Shown here: positions 41,929 through 51,868 of the stretch, in pieces
How positions within the stretch are numbered: the first letter of the stretch is position 1
How the letters are laid out: every line of letters starts with the position of its first letter
NCBI GenBank assembly: GCA_965209085.1
Contig: OZ242376.1
Location: forward strand, 1,056,001 to 1,120,000
From: Nitrosopumilaceae archaeon
Lineage (GTDB): Archaea > Thermoproteota > Nitrososphaeria > Nitrososphaerales > Nitrosopumilaceae
DNA length: 64,000 nt
Direction of reading: 5' to 3'
Translations under genes and position numbers: made by a program
Notes under the pieces: generated by a model
Databases searched by the model: none
Seen by the model: the letters and a program-made list of their open reading frames with translations, nothing else
What the model was told of the DNA's origin: nothing

Positions 41929-42828
41929 AAATCCAATATATGCAGCATATGCTGCAACCAGTGTTATTCCCCAAAGGATACTGATTTTTCCCCGCAATGC
42001 AATCAGCATTGCAATTGCAAACGCCAGCATTATCACATAATCAAATTCGATTGATTTTGGAACGGTGATTCCTGAGACAATCGAGACTATTCCGACAATC
42101 ATCAGTATGTTGTAAATGCTGCTTCCAAGAATGATTCCAATTCCAATATTTGTCTCCCCGCGCCTTATTGCAGCAACCGATGTAATCAATTCAGGCAGCG
42201 AGGTGCCGATTGCAAGAACCGTGAGTCCAATAATTTTTTCAGAGACGCCGATGGTTTCTGCAATATCCAGGATATTATCCACGACAAGAATTGATCCCGC
42301 ATACAAAAGTGCCACGCCCAGTACAAGTTTTATCAGTGATTTTTTTCCAAGTTTTGTTTTTTCTTTTGTTTTACTTGCCTGCGAGCGGATGCTCTTATAC
42401 GTAAAGGCTGTAAAGGCCATGAGAAGTCCAATCAAGAGTATGCCATCATACGTGTCCAAATTCCCGTCAAGAGAGAGTATGATGAGCAAAAGTGAAAATC
42501 CAATCATCATTGGGACAAGCACACGAATCTGGCCTTTTTTGATTGCAATCGGGGTTAAAATCGCGGCGATTCCTATCACCATGCCGATGTTTGCAATGTT
42601 ACTTCCCACCACATTCCCCAATACTAGTGCCCCATGCCCGCCTGCTGCAAGACTAGCTGCCAGTTCCGGAGTAGAGGTGCCGTATGCGACCACGGTCATT
42701 CCTATTATCAGCGGGCTAATTTGAAATCTCTTGGCTATCGCAATTCCCCCATCCACTAGCCAGTTTCCCCCATAACACAGCAGTGCAAGTCCGGATGCGG
42801 CAAGTGCTATACTTACTAGTATCTCCAT
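41914..42828 (-). CDS. Ca2+/Na+ antiporter (YrbG family)
   Basis: Two alpha repeats GTSTPE / GTSLPE with GNVVGSN. Confidence 0.92.
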   Translation of the reverse strand: MEILVSIALAASGLALLCYGGNWLVDGGIAIAKRFQISPLIIGMTVVAYGTSTPELAASLAAGGHGALVLGNVVGSNIANIGMVIGIAAILTPIAIKKGQIRVLVPMMIGFSLLLIILSLDGNLDTYDGILLIGLLMAFTAFTYKSIRSQASKTKEKTKLGKKSLIKLVLGVALLYAGSILVVDNILDIAETIGVSEKIIGLTVLAIGTSLPELITSVAAIRRGETNIGIGIILGSSIYNILMIVGIVSIVSGITVPKSIEFDYVIMLAFAIAMLIALRGKISILWGITLVAAYAAYIGFLILF

Positions 42829-43009
42829 ACAGTATTGCTCTCAAATTATGTGTTTAAGCAAATGGATTCGCCCATGCCTATATTTGTAAAACCATGCCCG
42901 ATGCGGTGCAGGTTGTGTACAATTTTCAATTGTACGAATATTTGATTCAGGGTTGTGCAAAAATCAATCACACCCCTAATAAGAGGAGTACCGTATTGTA
43001 CGGTATAAG

Positions 43010-43360
43010 ATGACTGGACGATTAATGTACATTCCAAAAGAGATCGCATCTGATTTTGGACATATTGAAACATCCACCGATCGGGATCTAAATACGGTCA
43101 AGAGCCGCATTGCAGATTTTAGTACAATCTCAGTCCTAAAGATACTCTCACAGTTGCGTGCCGGTCCAAAGACGTTTGGCAATTTATACACGGATTCGGG
43201 CATTAGGTACAAACGATCATACATTAGATACTTGCATCTTTGCGGCAAATACGGTTTTATCGACAGAAGAGAGCAGAGTCCAAGAGTCTATTACAGCATT
43301 ACCGACAAGGGACGCACCATGTTTTCCTTGTTCATAGAGGACTCAACAAGACATAATTAG
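43010..43360 (+). CDS. Winged-helix transcriptional regulator
   Basis: GPKTF..LY and RVYYSITDKGR wing motif. Confidence 0.75.
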   Translation: MTGRLMYIPKEIASDFGHIETSTDRDLNTVKSRIADFSTISVLKILSQLRAGPKTFGNLYTDSGIRYKRSYIRYLHLCGKYGFIDRREQSPRVYYSITDKGRTMFSLFIEDSTRHN

Positions 43361-43381
43361 ACATATCTTTATTCCATTATA

Positions 43382-44104
43382 GTGAACAGAGAATATCCAG
43401 CAGCTGAAATTGTAGAGATCAACGGTAAAATTCCAACAAAGCCGGTAATATTTGCAGGTTTTGTGGGTGCAGGTCTAGTAGGACCGTTATCCATAGGACA
43501 TATGATAGTAGAGATGGGCATGAAAGAGATTGCATATGTGCGCTCAAGGCACATGCCTCCGTCTACGGTTTTTACAAGTGGAAGACTGCGTTATCCTTTT
43601 CGAATATACGCAGATGAGGAGGGCAAAACATGCTGCATAATATGCGAGGTTACCTTGAAGATGGAGGGCATTTATGATATAATAGGGGCCATACTAGAAT
43701 GGGCAAAAAAAGTTGGAGCTCAAGAACTTGTCATACTTGATGGATTCTCAGGGAAGCATGATGGCAGAACGTATTGTGCAGCAGAACAGGATCGAAACAA
43801 AGAGATGGAAAAAAACGGCATTGCCATAATAACGCAGGGATTTATTACAGGAGTTCCGGGCGGAGTTCTTGCAGAATGCCTGATGCACAAGATACAGGGC
43901 AGCGTACTGCTTGCAAAAGCTGAAAAGGCAAAACCGGATCCCATAGCGGCAGCATTGCTGTTAGAGTCAGTAAACAAGCTATACGGGACAAACGTGGATA
44001 CTGGAAAAATGCTCAAAAACAAAGAGAGGTTGGGGAATGATTTTAGCGACATGTCCAAAAAATATACAGAGCACAGCGAGAAATACTCTGGCATGTACAT
44101 GTAG
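43382..44104 (+). CDS. Proteasome assembly chaperone PAC2 family
   Basis: AGFVGAGLVG, YPFRIY, G.ITG..G and PDP.AAA motifs. Confidence 0.88.
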   Translation: MNREYPAAEIVEINGKIPTKPVIFAGFVGAGLVGPLSIGHMIVEMGMKEIAYVRSRHMPPSTVFTSGRLRYPFRIYADEEGKTCCIICEVTLKMEGIYDIIGAILEWAKKVGAQELVILDGFSGKHDGRTYCAAEQDRNKEMEKNGIAIITQGFITGVPGGVLAECLMHKIQGSVLLAKAEKAKPDPIAAALLLESVNKLYGTNVDTGKMLKNKERLGNDFSDMSKKYTEHSEKYSGMYM

Positions 44105-44144
44105 GTGCGTGAGAATTGTTTTATTTTGATAAAAAACGGCGTGT

Positions 44145-45149
44145 ATGATGGCACTCACGTATAAAAAAACCGGTGTGGATATTTCAGGGATAAAATCCAC
44201 CCACCGCAGTATCGGGCGCATAATATCTAGTACGCATGATAAAAGCGTCAGACACGGGTTTGGCCATTATGCCGGAATTGTCAGGGCGCACGGTACGGAT
44301 GTGGCAGTGCATACGGATGGTGTCGGCACAAAAGTGCTCGTTGCATGCATGATGAAAAAATACGATACTGTCGGGATAGACTGCATAGGTATGAACGTAA
44401 ATGACATGATATGCACAGGGGCCGCACCTGTTGCCATTGTGGATTACATTGCAGCAAACCGCAATGATTCGAAAATATTTTTACAGATTGTCAAAGGACT
44501 TGCAAGAGGTGCAAAAATGAGCGGCACGCCAATAGTTGGCGGAGAGACTGCAATAATGCCAGACATGTTTGCAGGTAGGGGTTTTTCATTTGATCTTGCA
44601 GGTACCGTTGTCGGAGTGCTGAAAACAAAACCGCTTTTGGGGAATGCAATAAAACCAAAGGATGTGATAATCGGCGTGCACAGCTCAGGACTGCATTCAA
44701 ACGGATACACGCTTGCAAGAAAAGCACTGCTCTCAAAATTTTCATTAAAGGATAAAATTCAAGGAGCAGGAACCATTGGCGATGCCCTGCTAGAGCCCAC
44801 ATGCATATACACAAAACCGGCCTTGGAGGCTTTGCAAAAATGCAACCTGCACGGAATCGGACACATTACTGGCGGCGCATTCTCAAAGCTGACGCGCCTG
44901 AAAAACCTCCGCTATGAGATAGAATCGCTGCCAAAGATTCCTCCAATCATGGCACTCATAGAGGAATCAGGCGTTGCTAGAAAAGAAATGTACCGTACAT
45001 TCAACATGGGCGTGGGCCTGTGCATAATGGCGCCGCAAAGCGAGGAATCAGGCATACGGGCAATCTTCAAAAAACATAAAATTAATTCTGATGTGATAGG
45101 CACTGTTACATCAGGCAAAGGCGTGCGTGTAAAATCCATACGGGTCTAG
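44145..45149 (+). CDS. purM: Phosphoribosylformylglycinamidine cyclo-ligase
   Basis: TYK..GVD, TDGVGTK, GGETA, SSGLHSNG, HITGG and TFNMGVG motifs. Confidence 0.95.
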   Translation: MMALTYKKTGVDISGIKSTHRSIGRIISSTHDKSVRHGFGHYAGIVRAHGTDVAVHTDGVGTKVLVACMMKKYDTVGIDCIGMNVNDMICTGAAPVAIVDYIAANRNDSKIFLQIVKGLARGAKMSGTPIVGGETAIMPDMFAGRGFSFDLAGTVVGVLKTKPLLGNAIKPKDVIIGVHSSGLHSNGYTLARKALLSKFSLKDKIQGAGTIGDALLEPTCIYTKPALEALQKCNLHGIGHITGGAFSKLTRLKNLRYEIESLPKIPPIMALIEESGVARKEMYRTFNMGVGLCIMAPQSEESGIRAIFKKHKINSDVIGTVTSGKGVRVKSIRV

Positions 45150-45209
45150 GGTCAGCATACCGGATATTTTGGCAATCAAGTATAAAAAACCCGAATTGTA
45201 TGATAATGC

Positions 45210-46469
45210 ATGGTAGCTGAGATGAATTTCATACAGACCATTATCGGCGTCGGCATACTGCTAGCGGCTGCAAAGCTGATGGCAGAGCTCTTCTCACGCA
45301 TAAAGCTGCCCATAGTACTTGGCGAGCTGCTAGCAGGCATGATAGTGGGTCCGTTTGCCCTGGGCATGTTTTTCATATATGATGGCAGACCGCTTTTGCA
45401 GATTGATGCAAACTTGCGGCTGCTTGGCGAGATTGGAGCTATTGTAATTTTGTTTATGGCAGGTCTTGAGATGACCCCGAGGGAATTTCTAAGAGGGGGC
45501 AAAAGCTCGCTTACTGTAGGAACGCTTGGCGTTGTAATCCCGTTTGCCGCAGGATATTTTGTTTTTCAATTCTTTGGGTTTGATGCCCTCCAGTCCATGC
45601 TCATAGCCACAGCACTTACTGCGACAAGCATTGCAATTTCCATCCAGGTGTTAAACGAATTTGGTAAGATAAAAACTCCCGAAGCGCGAATGATTATAGG
45701 TGCAGCTGTAGTGGATGACATACTTGCCATAGCGATTTTATCCGTGGTATCATCCATTGCAGCTGATGGCGGCGACATTGACAATATCAACGTGATTGAT
45801 GTCGCACTTACAATACTAAAGGTTCTAGGTTTCTTTGCCATATTGCTAGTCGCTGCTGTATTTATAATACCAAAGGTAATGACGCCAAGACTCTGGAAGG
45901 CAAAGGGGAGCGTGGAGGCGATTGCAACTGCATCGTTTTTTGGAGCAGCAGCGATTGCCGGTTCCATCGGATTATCCCCTATTGTAGGCGCGTTTGCAGT
46001 CGGAATGGCACTATCCACCACCAAAGCCTTTGACAAAGTTGAGAATTTTATCGGGAAGATTGGTCTTATATTTGCCCCGTTGTTTTTTGCCATAATCGGA
46101 GCCCAAGTTGACTTTAGAACGGTAAATCTGGAGATACTCGGACTATCGGGCATAATCATAGTGATTGCAATAGTGACAAAATACTTTGGGTGCGGAATTC
46201 CAGCGTGGTTCTTTCTCAAAGACCGCGCACGCGGCATGCGCGTTGGAATCGGGATGATATCAAGAGGCGAGGTCGGACTCATCGTGGCAGGAGTGGGGGT
46301 ATCTTCGGGAATTTTAACCGGCGATGTATATTCCACAATTGTAATAATGGTGGCAGTTACCACAATTATTACGCCCATTTGGTTAAAGATGGAATACCGT
46401 AGAGAAGCTAGAAAAGATAATGCCGGCTCTGTTGTATCAGATGTGAGATCCCCCTCGCAATCCCAATAG
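45210..46469 (+). CDS. Cation:proton antiporter (CPA2/NapA-like)
   Basis: LFMAGLE, ATSI, AAVVDD and MISRGEV motifs. Confidence 0.92.
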   Translation: MVAEMNFIQTIIGVGILLAAAKLMAELFSRIKLPIVLGELLAGMIVGPFALGMFFIYDGRPLLQIDANLRLLGEIGAIVILFMAGLEMTPREFLRGGKSSLTVGTLGVVIPFAAGYFVFQFFGFDALQSMLIATALTATSIAISIQVLNEFGKIKTPEARMIIGAAVVDDILAIAILSVVSSIAADGGDIDNINVIDVALTILKVLGFFAILLVAAVFIIPKVMTPRLWKAKGSVEAIATASFFGAAAIAGSIGLSPIVGAFAVGMALSTTKAFDKVENFIGKIGLIFAPLFFAIIGAQVDFRTVNLEILGLSGIIIVIAIVTKYFGCGIPAWFFLKDRARGMRVGIGMISRGEVGLIVAGVGVSSGILTGDVYSTIVIMVAVTTIITPIWLKMEYRREARKDNAGSVVSDVRSPSQSQ

Positions 46470-46504
46470 ATGATATGCAACAATTAGATTATATGTCTTG
46501 AATA

Positions 46505-47110
46505 GTGCGCAGCTGTGTGGCTGAAGATTATGTTGCAATGTGCACCGCATGTAAAAAGGCAGTTGATCGCAAAGATCTCCAGTATGTAAACGGTCTCTCA
46601 TATCATACAGCATGCAGTGCCCAAAGCGGCTCCAATTCAGGCATAATTAATGCAGACGAGACTAGACTCAAAGTGGACATTGTAACTTTGAAAAACCTCA
46701 GATCACAAATGTTCTCAAAGAAACATCCTGCATCCAAAAAGAAAACATCATCTGGGAGAAAAACGCTGAAAAAGAAAACCGTTCCCAGGAAAAAAACTGT
46801 TAAAAAACGCACTCTATCCAAAAGGAAAACTCTGGCCAAAAAAAAGACTCTGACCCGTAAAAAAACTGTAAAACGTCCAAGTTTGAAAAAGACAGGTACA
46901 AGATCGTCTAGAAAACCGGCAAAACGCACCGTACGTAAAAAACCAATCAGGCGTACTGTGAAAAAAACAACACTTGGAAAAACCGCAAAGCATAAAAAAA
47001 CTGTAAAACGTCCAAGTTTGAAAAAGACAGGTACAAGATCGTCTAGAAAACCGGCAAAACGCACCGTACGTAAAAAACCAATCAGGCGTACTGTGAAAAA
47101 AAGACGTTAG
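46505..47110 (+). CDS. Lys/Arg-rich histone-H1-like protein with N-terminal CxxC...HxxC Zn motif
   Basis: CTAC...YHTAC, then a very basic tail with a duplicated 36-aa block. Confidence 0.7.
   Translation: MRSCVAEDYVAMCTACKKAVDRKDLQYVNGLSYHTACSAQSGSNSGIINADETRLKVDIVTLKNLRSQMFSKKHPASKKKTSSGRKTLKKKTVPRKKTVKKRTLSKRKTLAKKKTLTRKKTVKRPSLKKTGTRSSRKPAKRTVRKKPIRRTVKKTTLGKTAKHKKTVKRPSLKKTGTRSSRKPAKRTVRKKPIRRTVKKRR
46858..47102 (+). repeat. 110-bp direct repeat, period 135 bp
   Basis: 46858-46967 matches 46993-47102. Confidence 0.9.
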
Positions 47111-47153
47111 TACGGGGCGCATAAAATTTATTCAAGTGTAATTTACACAGTTT

Positions 47154-48734
47154 ATGCAGTCAGCGGTTACATTTGAGATGGCATGTCATGAGATATCTCA
47201 GGGCATTCTCGCAGGAGGCAAACTGACGGTAAAGGCTGCAAGAGATGAGACAATGCGCGTATGTGCAAAATATTCACTCAGTAAGATACCCCGCAACGAT
47301 GAGATACTTGCAACTGTAAACGGTGAAAATTACAAGTCTCTTCAGAAAATCCTCATACGCAAACCAGTAAAGACTGCATCAGGTGTGGCAGTAATAGCCC
47401 TCATGGCCCGCCCGTATGCGTGTCCGCACGGCAGATGCACATACTGTCCTGGCGGAGTAGAGTACAACAGTCCAAACAGCTATACTGGAAACGAGCCATC
47501 CACTGTCAGCGCAATAGAGAGCGGGTATGATCCAAAAAAACAGATACTCTCAAAGATTGCAAAGCTTGCAGCATACGGCCATGAAAGCTCAAAGATAGAA
47601 ATCATCATAGTCGGAGGAACGTTTCTGTTCATGCCCGAACAGTACAGATATGAATTTGTAAAATCATGCTACGAGGCGCTCAACGGATTTGAATCTGCAA
47701 CCCTGTTTGAGGCGCAAAATGCAAACGTTAGTGCAAAACACCGCAACGTGGGATTCACCATAGAGACAAAACCGGATTACTGTAGAAAAGAGCACATTGA
47801 TGCCATGCTCACATACGGGGCGACCCGCGTTGAAATCGGCGTGCAGAGTCTGCAGGAGAATGTTTTAAAAAGATCAAACAGAGGGCACGGATTTGAAGAG
47901 ATTACAAGATCGTTTCAAGAGGCAAAAGATGCAGGGTATAAAGTTGCCGCCCACATGATGCCTGGCCTTCCTGGTGCAACTTTGGAAAATGATCTTGCCG
48001 ATTTTGAATCGTTGTATTCGGATACGCGTCTAGTTCCAGACATGCTGAAAATTTACCCCACGCTTGTATTGCGCGGAACGCCCCTGTATGAGGAATACAA
48101 GGCAGGCAGATACGAGCCGTACGATGAGGAGAGCATGATCTCACTTGTCGCAAAGGCAAAATCAAAAATTCCAAAATGGGTGCGCATAATGAGGGTACAG
48201 CGCGAGATATCCGCAGGCGAGATTATAGCCGGTCCAAAATACGGCAATTTTAGGCAGACTGTACTGCAATATATGAGAGAGAACGGTATAAAGTGCTCGT
48301 GCATCAGATGCAGGGAGGCTGGATTGTCAGGTAAGAATTCAATCAGCGAGGATCTTGTACTGTACAGGAAAGATTATGATTCATCTGGCGGTCGCGAGGT
48401 GTTTTTATCATACGAGGATAAAGAGGAGTCAGTGTTCGGATATTTGAGACTGAGAATGCCAAGCAGTATTGCACACAGGTCAGAGATATCAGATGGTACT
48501 GGAATAATACGGGAAATTCACGTTACAGGTAAAACTGTCGGAGTGGGTATCAAAGATGGGAGCATACAGCATGCTGGAATTGGAACGGCTCTGCTGCGGC
48601 GGGCAGAATCTGTGGCAAAAGAAGAGTTTGGGTGCTCAAAGATGCTTGTAATCAGCGCCGTTGGGACGCGCGGGTATTATGCAAAATTTGGATATTGTAT
48701 GGACGGGCCATACATGGCCAAAAATATGGTGTAA
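47154..48734 (+). CDS. elp3: tRNA U34 carboxymethylation radical SAM/GNAT enzyme Elp3
   Basis: KTASGVAV, CPHGRCTYCP, ETKPD, LKIYP and REIHV..QHAGIG motifs. Confidence 0.95.
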   Translation: MQSAVTFEMACHEISQGILAGGKLTVKAARDETMRVCAKYSLSKIPRNDEILATVNGENYKSLQKILIRKPVKTASGVAVIALMARPYACPHGRCTYCPGGVEYNSPNSYTGNEPSTVSAIESGYDPKKQILSKIAKLAAYGHESSKIEIIIVGGTFLFMPEQYRYEFVKSCYEALNGFESATLFEAQNANVSAKHRNVGFTIETKPDYCRKEHIDAMLTYGATRVEIGVQSLQENVLKRSNRGHGFEEITRSFQEAKDAGYKVAAHMMPGLPGATLENDLADFESLYSDTRLVPDMLKIYPTLVLRGTPLYEEYKAGRYEPYDEESMISLVAKAKSKIPKWVRIMRVQREISAGEIIAGPKYGNFRQTVLQYMRENGIKCSCIRCREAGLSGKNSISEDLVLYRKDYDSSGGREVFLSYEDKEESVFGYLRLRMPSSIAHRSEISDGTGIIREIHVTGKTVGVGIKDGSIQHAGIGTALLRRAESVAKEEFGCSKMLVISAVGTRGYYAKFGYCMDGPYMAKNMV

Positions 48735-48739
48735 TATGC

Positions 48740-50314
48740 ATGGAGAAAAAAATAGGACGCGGTACGTGGATTGACAAACTTGCCTCAGAAATGCTAGAGC
48801 GTGAAAAAAAACTTTGCAGGGACACTAGCATTCTCAGAGTTGAGAGCGGTCTTGGCGCCTCGGGCATCCCGCATGTTGGAAGTCTTGGGGATGCTGTAAG
48901 GGCATACGGGGTAAAGCTTGCCCTGCAGGATTTGGGATACAAGTCTGAATTAATTGCATATTCAGATGATATGGACGGGCTGCGCAAAATACCTAAAGGG
49001 TTTCCAAAATCACTAAACGAGCATTTAGCAAAGCCGGTCTCTCTTATACCGGACCCTGACAGCTGCCATGGCTCTTACGGGGAGCATATGAGCAGTCTTT
49101 TGCTTGAAGGCTTGGATGATTTGGGCATAGAGTATGAGTTTAGGCGGGCGTATGATACGTACGGTAATGGTGATTTAAAAGAGCAGACGCATGCAATATT
49201 ATCCCAAAAGAATATCATCGGGGAGAAAATTTCAGACATGGTCGGACAGGAAAAATTTACAAAATATCTGCCGTATTTTGCAGTCTGTGCCAATTGCAAG
49301 AAACTGTACACTACAGAATCCCTAGAGTATGATGCAGAAAATCGTGCCATCTCATACGAGTGCAAAGATGCAAAAATCAGCGGAAATATAATCAAAGGGT
49401 GCGGACATGCGGGGATATCCCGCATCGGGATTGATTTGGGCAAGCTTGCATGGAAGGTGGAATTTGCCGCAAGATGGGCCGCATACGATATACGGTTTGA
49501 GGCGTACGGCAAGGACATTATGGATTCGGTGCACGTAAACGACTGGGTTGCAGAAAAGATACTAGGGTATGCACCCCCACACCATGTAAAATATGAAATG
49601 TTTTTGGACAGGGGCGGTAAAAAAATATCAAAGTCGCTTGGAAATGTGATAACGTCTCAAAGATGGCTCAAATACGGATCAAAGCAGTCGCTGCTATTGC
49701 TATTGTACAAACGAATCACCGGAGCGCGCGAGCTTGGATTTGAGGATATTCCATCCCTGATGGACGAATATCACGAATTGGAGAGCGCATATTTTGCAAA
49801 CAAAGGATCCGGAAACGCCGCAAAGGATGCAAAGATGCACGGTCTGTACGAGTATGTGAATTTGCTGCAGATCCCGTCTGCCCCCGCCCCCCACGCAAAA
49901 TACATGCTAGTGGTAGAACTTGCGCGCATATTTGTGGAAAATCGTGCAGAGTGTATCATCAAAAAACTCTTGGATTATGGAGCCATTAAAGAGTCATCTG
50001 TTGAGATTAAAGGTTTGGTGCAGATTGCCGGAAATTATGCAGATGATTTTGGCAGCAAGGATGCACAGCTAGTTGATGCACAAGATGAGGTGCGTGTGGC
50101 ACTTTTGTCCCTAGCTGATTCGCTGGAATCAAATTCTAGCGTGCAAAACGCCGCATATGAGGCTGCCAAATCTGCCGGTGCAAAACCTCGCGACGTATTC
50201 GTATGCATGTATCAGATACTTTTGGGTTCTTCTAGCGGACCGCGCCTTGATCCGTTCATTGCAGATATAGGAGCTGCAAAAGTGGCGCATAAAATAAGGG
50301 AGGCTTTGGCGTAA
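48740..50314 (+). CDS. lysS: Lysine--tRNA ligase, class I
   Basis: ESGLGASGIPHVG, SDDMDGLRK, GKLAWKVEFAARW, KISKSLGN and SGPRL motifs; ATG at 48740. Confidence 0.95.
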   Translation: MEKKIGRGTWIDKLASEMLEREKKLCRDTSILRVESGLGASGIPHVGSLGDAVRAYGVKLALQDLGYKSELIAYSDDMDGLRKIPKGFPKSLNEHLAKPVSLIPDPDSCHGSYGEHMSSLLLEGLDDLGIEYEFRRAYDTYGNGDLKEQTHAILSQKNIIGEKISDMVGQEKFTKYLPYFAVCANCKKLYTTESLEYDAENRAISYECKDAKISGNIIKGCGHAGISRIGIDLGKLAWKVEFAARWAAYDIRFEAYGKDIMDSVHVNDWVAEKILGYAPPHHVKYEMFLDRGGKKISKSLGNVITSQRWLKYGSKQSLLLLLYKRITGARELGFEDIPSLMDEYHELESAYFANKGSGNAAKDAKMHGLYEYVNLLQIPSAPAPHAKYMLVVELARIFVENRAECIIKKLLDYGAIKESSVEIKGLVQIAGNYADDFGSKDAQLVDAQDEVRVALLSLADSLESNSSVQNAAYEAAKSAGAKPRDVFVCMYQILLGSSSGPRLDPFIADIGAAKVAHKIREALA

Positions 50315-50315
50315 A

Positions 50316-50513
50316 ATGGTGCACGGTGAGCACAACAAAAACCGTAGCGGCGGATTTTTTCTCATAATATTTGGAGCACTCTTATTCATAACATCCCCCC
50401 TGTATCTTGCAGACTCACCAACATTAGGAGGGGTTGCAATTGTATTTGGATTCATCATAGGCGGATTGGGATTTTACATGAATTTTGTGCGCGGCAGGGG
50501 CAAAAAACAGTGA
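50316..50513 (+). CDS. Small two-TM membrane protein
   Basis: 65 aa, two hydrophobic helices, coupled to lysS. Confidence 0.7.
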   Translation: MVHGEHNKNRSGGFFLIIFGALLFITSPLYLADSPTLGGVAIVFGFIIGGLGFYMNFVRGRGKKQ

Positions 50514-50546
50514 ACCGTTTTAATGTAGAGAAGGGGTGTATGATAC

Positions 50547-51407
50547 ATGGGGTTTTTTAGAAAAAAATCAGCAGATGATGCACTAAAAAGTGCCGAATCA
50601 TCTGCTGCAAAACCGGCAGAGTCCTCACCCACTGATGAGCAGATACGGATGGAATCACAGCGTAAACAGATAGACTCACTAGATGTGGAGATTGGTCAAA
50701 AACGCAAAGAGGTCTCATCGCTTGAAGAACTAGTCAATACAAAGCAGGATCTGCGCAAATCCATAGAAGAAAAACTTGCCGACGTTAGAAAAGAATACGA
50801 TAGTGCCGTGGGTACTTTGATGTCGACAAAAAAAGAATTAAATGAGAAAAGACGCAATGCACGCTCTGCTACTGCAGAGCTTGAAAACGTCCAGGATAGA
50901 CTTACCGGCATAATTGCAGATACGGCATCAGCTGAGACCATTAGAAGGAAGAAAGATGACGAGTTAAAATCAATTGAAAGGCAGCACGGTAAGGTAAAAG
51001 CTCAGATTGCCGAAATGGAGAGGGCAAAGAGTTTGTTGGAGGAGATGAAAGGTGAGATTACATCGCAGCAGGATAAAAACGCCAATTTGAATACACGTAT
51101 TGCAGAATCTGAAAAGATTTTACAAAAATTGGAAAAAGAGAAAAAATCTGCATTAGAGGCGGTTTTAAATACTGAAAAATCACTCAAAGCGCCGCCTGTT
51201 GCATTGGCAGATAATGCAAAAAATCCACCCCTACCTGAGAGCAAGAGTGTTATCGAGGCTGCCAGTGCAGTGGTTGCATCCATGACGCAAAAATTGCGTT
51301 CTGCTGAAAACGAGCTGACCGTGGTAAAAAATCTGCTGCAAAAGGAGCGCAAAGCACATGATGTAACACGTGAAAACTTGCAGAAATTGAAAAATCCTAG
51401 CGCATAA
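50547..51407 (+). CDS. Long coiled-coil hypothetical protein
   Basis: Continuous heptad-rich 286 aa ORF starting MGFFRKK. Confidence 0.75.
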   Translation: MGFFRKKSADDALKSAESSAAKPAESSPTDEQIRMESQRKQIDSLDVEIGQKRKEVSSLEELVNTKQDLRKSIEEKLADVRKEYDSAVGTLMSTKKELNEKRRNARSATAELENVQDRLTGIIADTASAETIRRKKDDELKSIERQHGKVKAQIAEMERAKSLLEEMKGEITSQQDKNANLNTRIAESEKILQKLEKEKKSALEAVLNTEKSLKAPPVALADNAKNPPLPESKSVIEAASAVVASMTQKLRSAENELTVVKNLLQKERKAHDVTRENLQKLKNPSA

Positions 51408-51683
51408 AATCTACGATAATTCCGTATAGAAAATAAAATCCTATTACTCCTCCAATTATTCCAATCCATGCGGCTATGGCCTGTCGTTTTTCCATATAAT
51501 CTACGGTTATTACGTATTAAATTAGTATAGCGGTATGCGGTACGCAGTGGACCGGACCCGTAGGTTGAAAAATACCGTTTGAATACTGCCAAACTGTATG
51601 GTCATAGTTTCAAAAAAACAACCCGTTATCTAGTGCAACTCTGCTGCAAACGCATGCGGCAAAAAGGGCTTGGTACAAATTCG

Positions 51684-51698
51684 TAGCGGGCCCGAAGG
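51684..51698 (-). other. Putative att site: tRNA 3'-end-like fragment
   Basis: Minus strand CCTTCGGGCCCGCTA resembles the T-stem/acceptor end of a GGGCCCG-starting tRNA; lies just downstream of the integrase. Confidence 0.45.
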
Positions 51699-51868
51699 AG
51701 CCCCCTATTTGCAAATGGCGGGTACCTGCAACATGTCAAAAGTTGGCAGAAATAGTGTCAAAAATCTGATCGCGTGTGCTTATTTTTCAAGTACATTTTT
51801 GCCATTTGATAGTATGCCTACAAACTTCCAGCCGTTTTGTATGAGTTTTTCAGCCTCGTTAGAATATA

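Noticed and set aside
51660-51710. SRP RNA helix-8-like motif (GGCCCGAAGGAGC)
   Set aside because: Lacks the conserved CAGG...AGCA internal loop and a surrounding GC-rich structure; a tRNA-end att fragment fits better.
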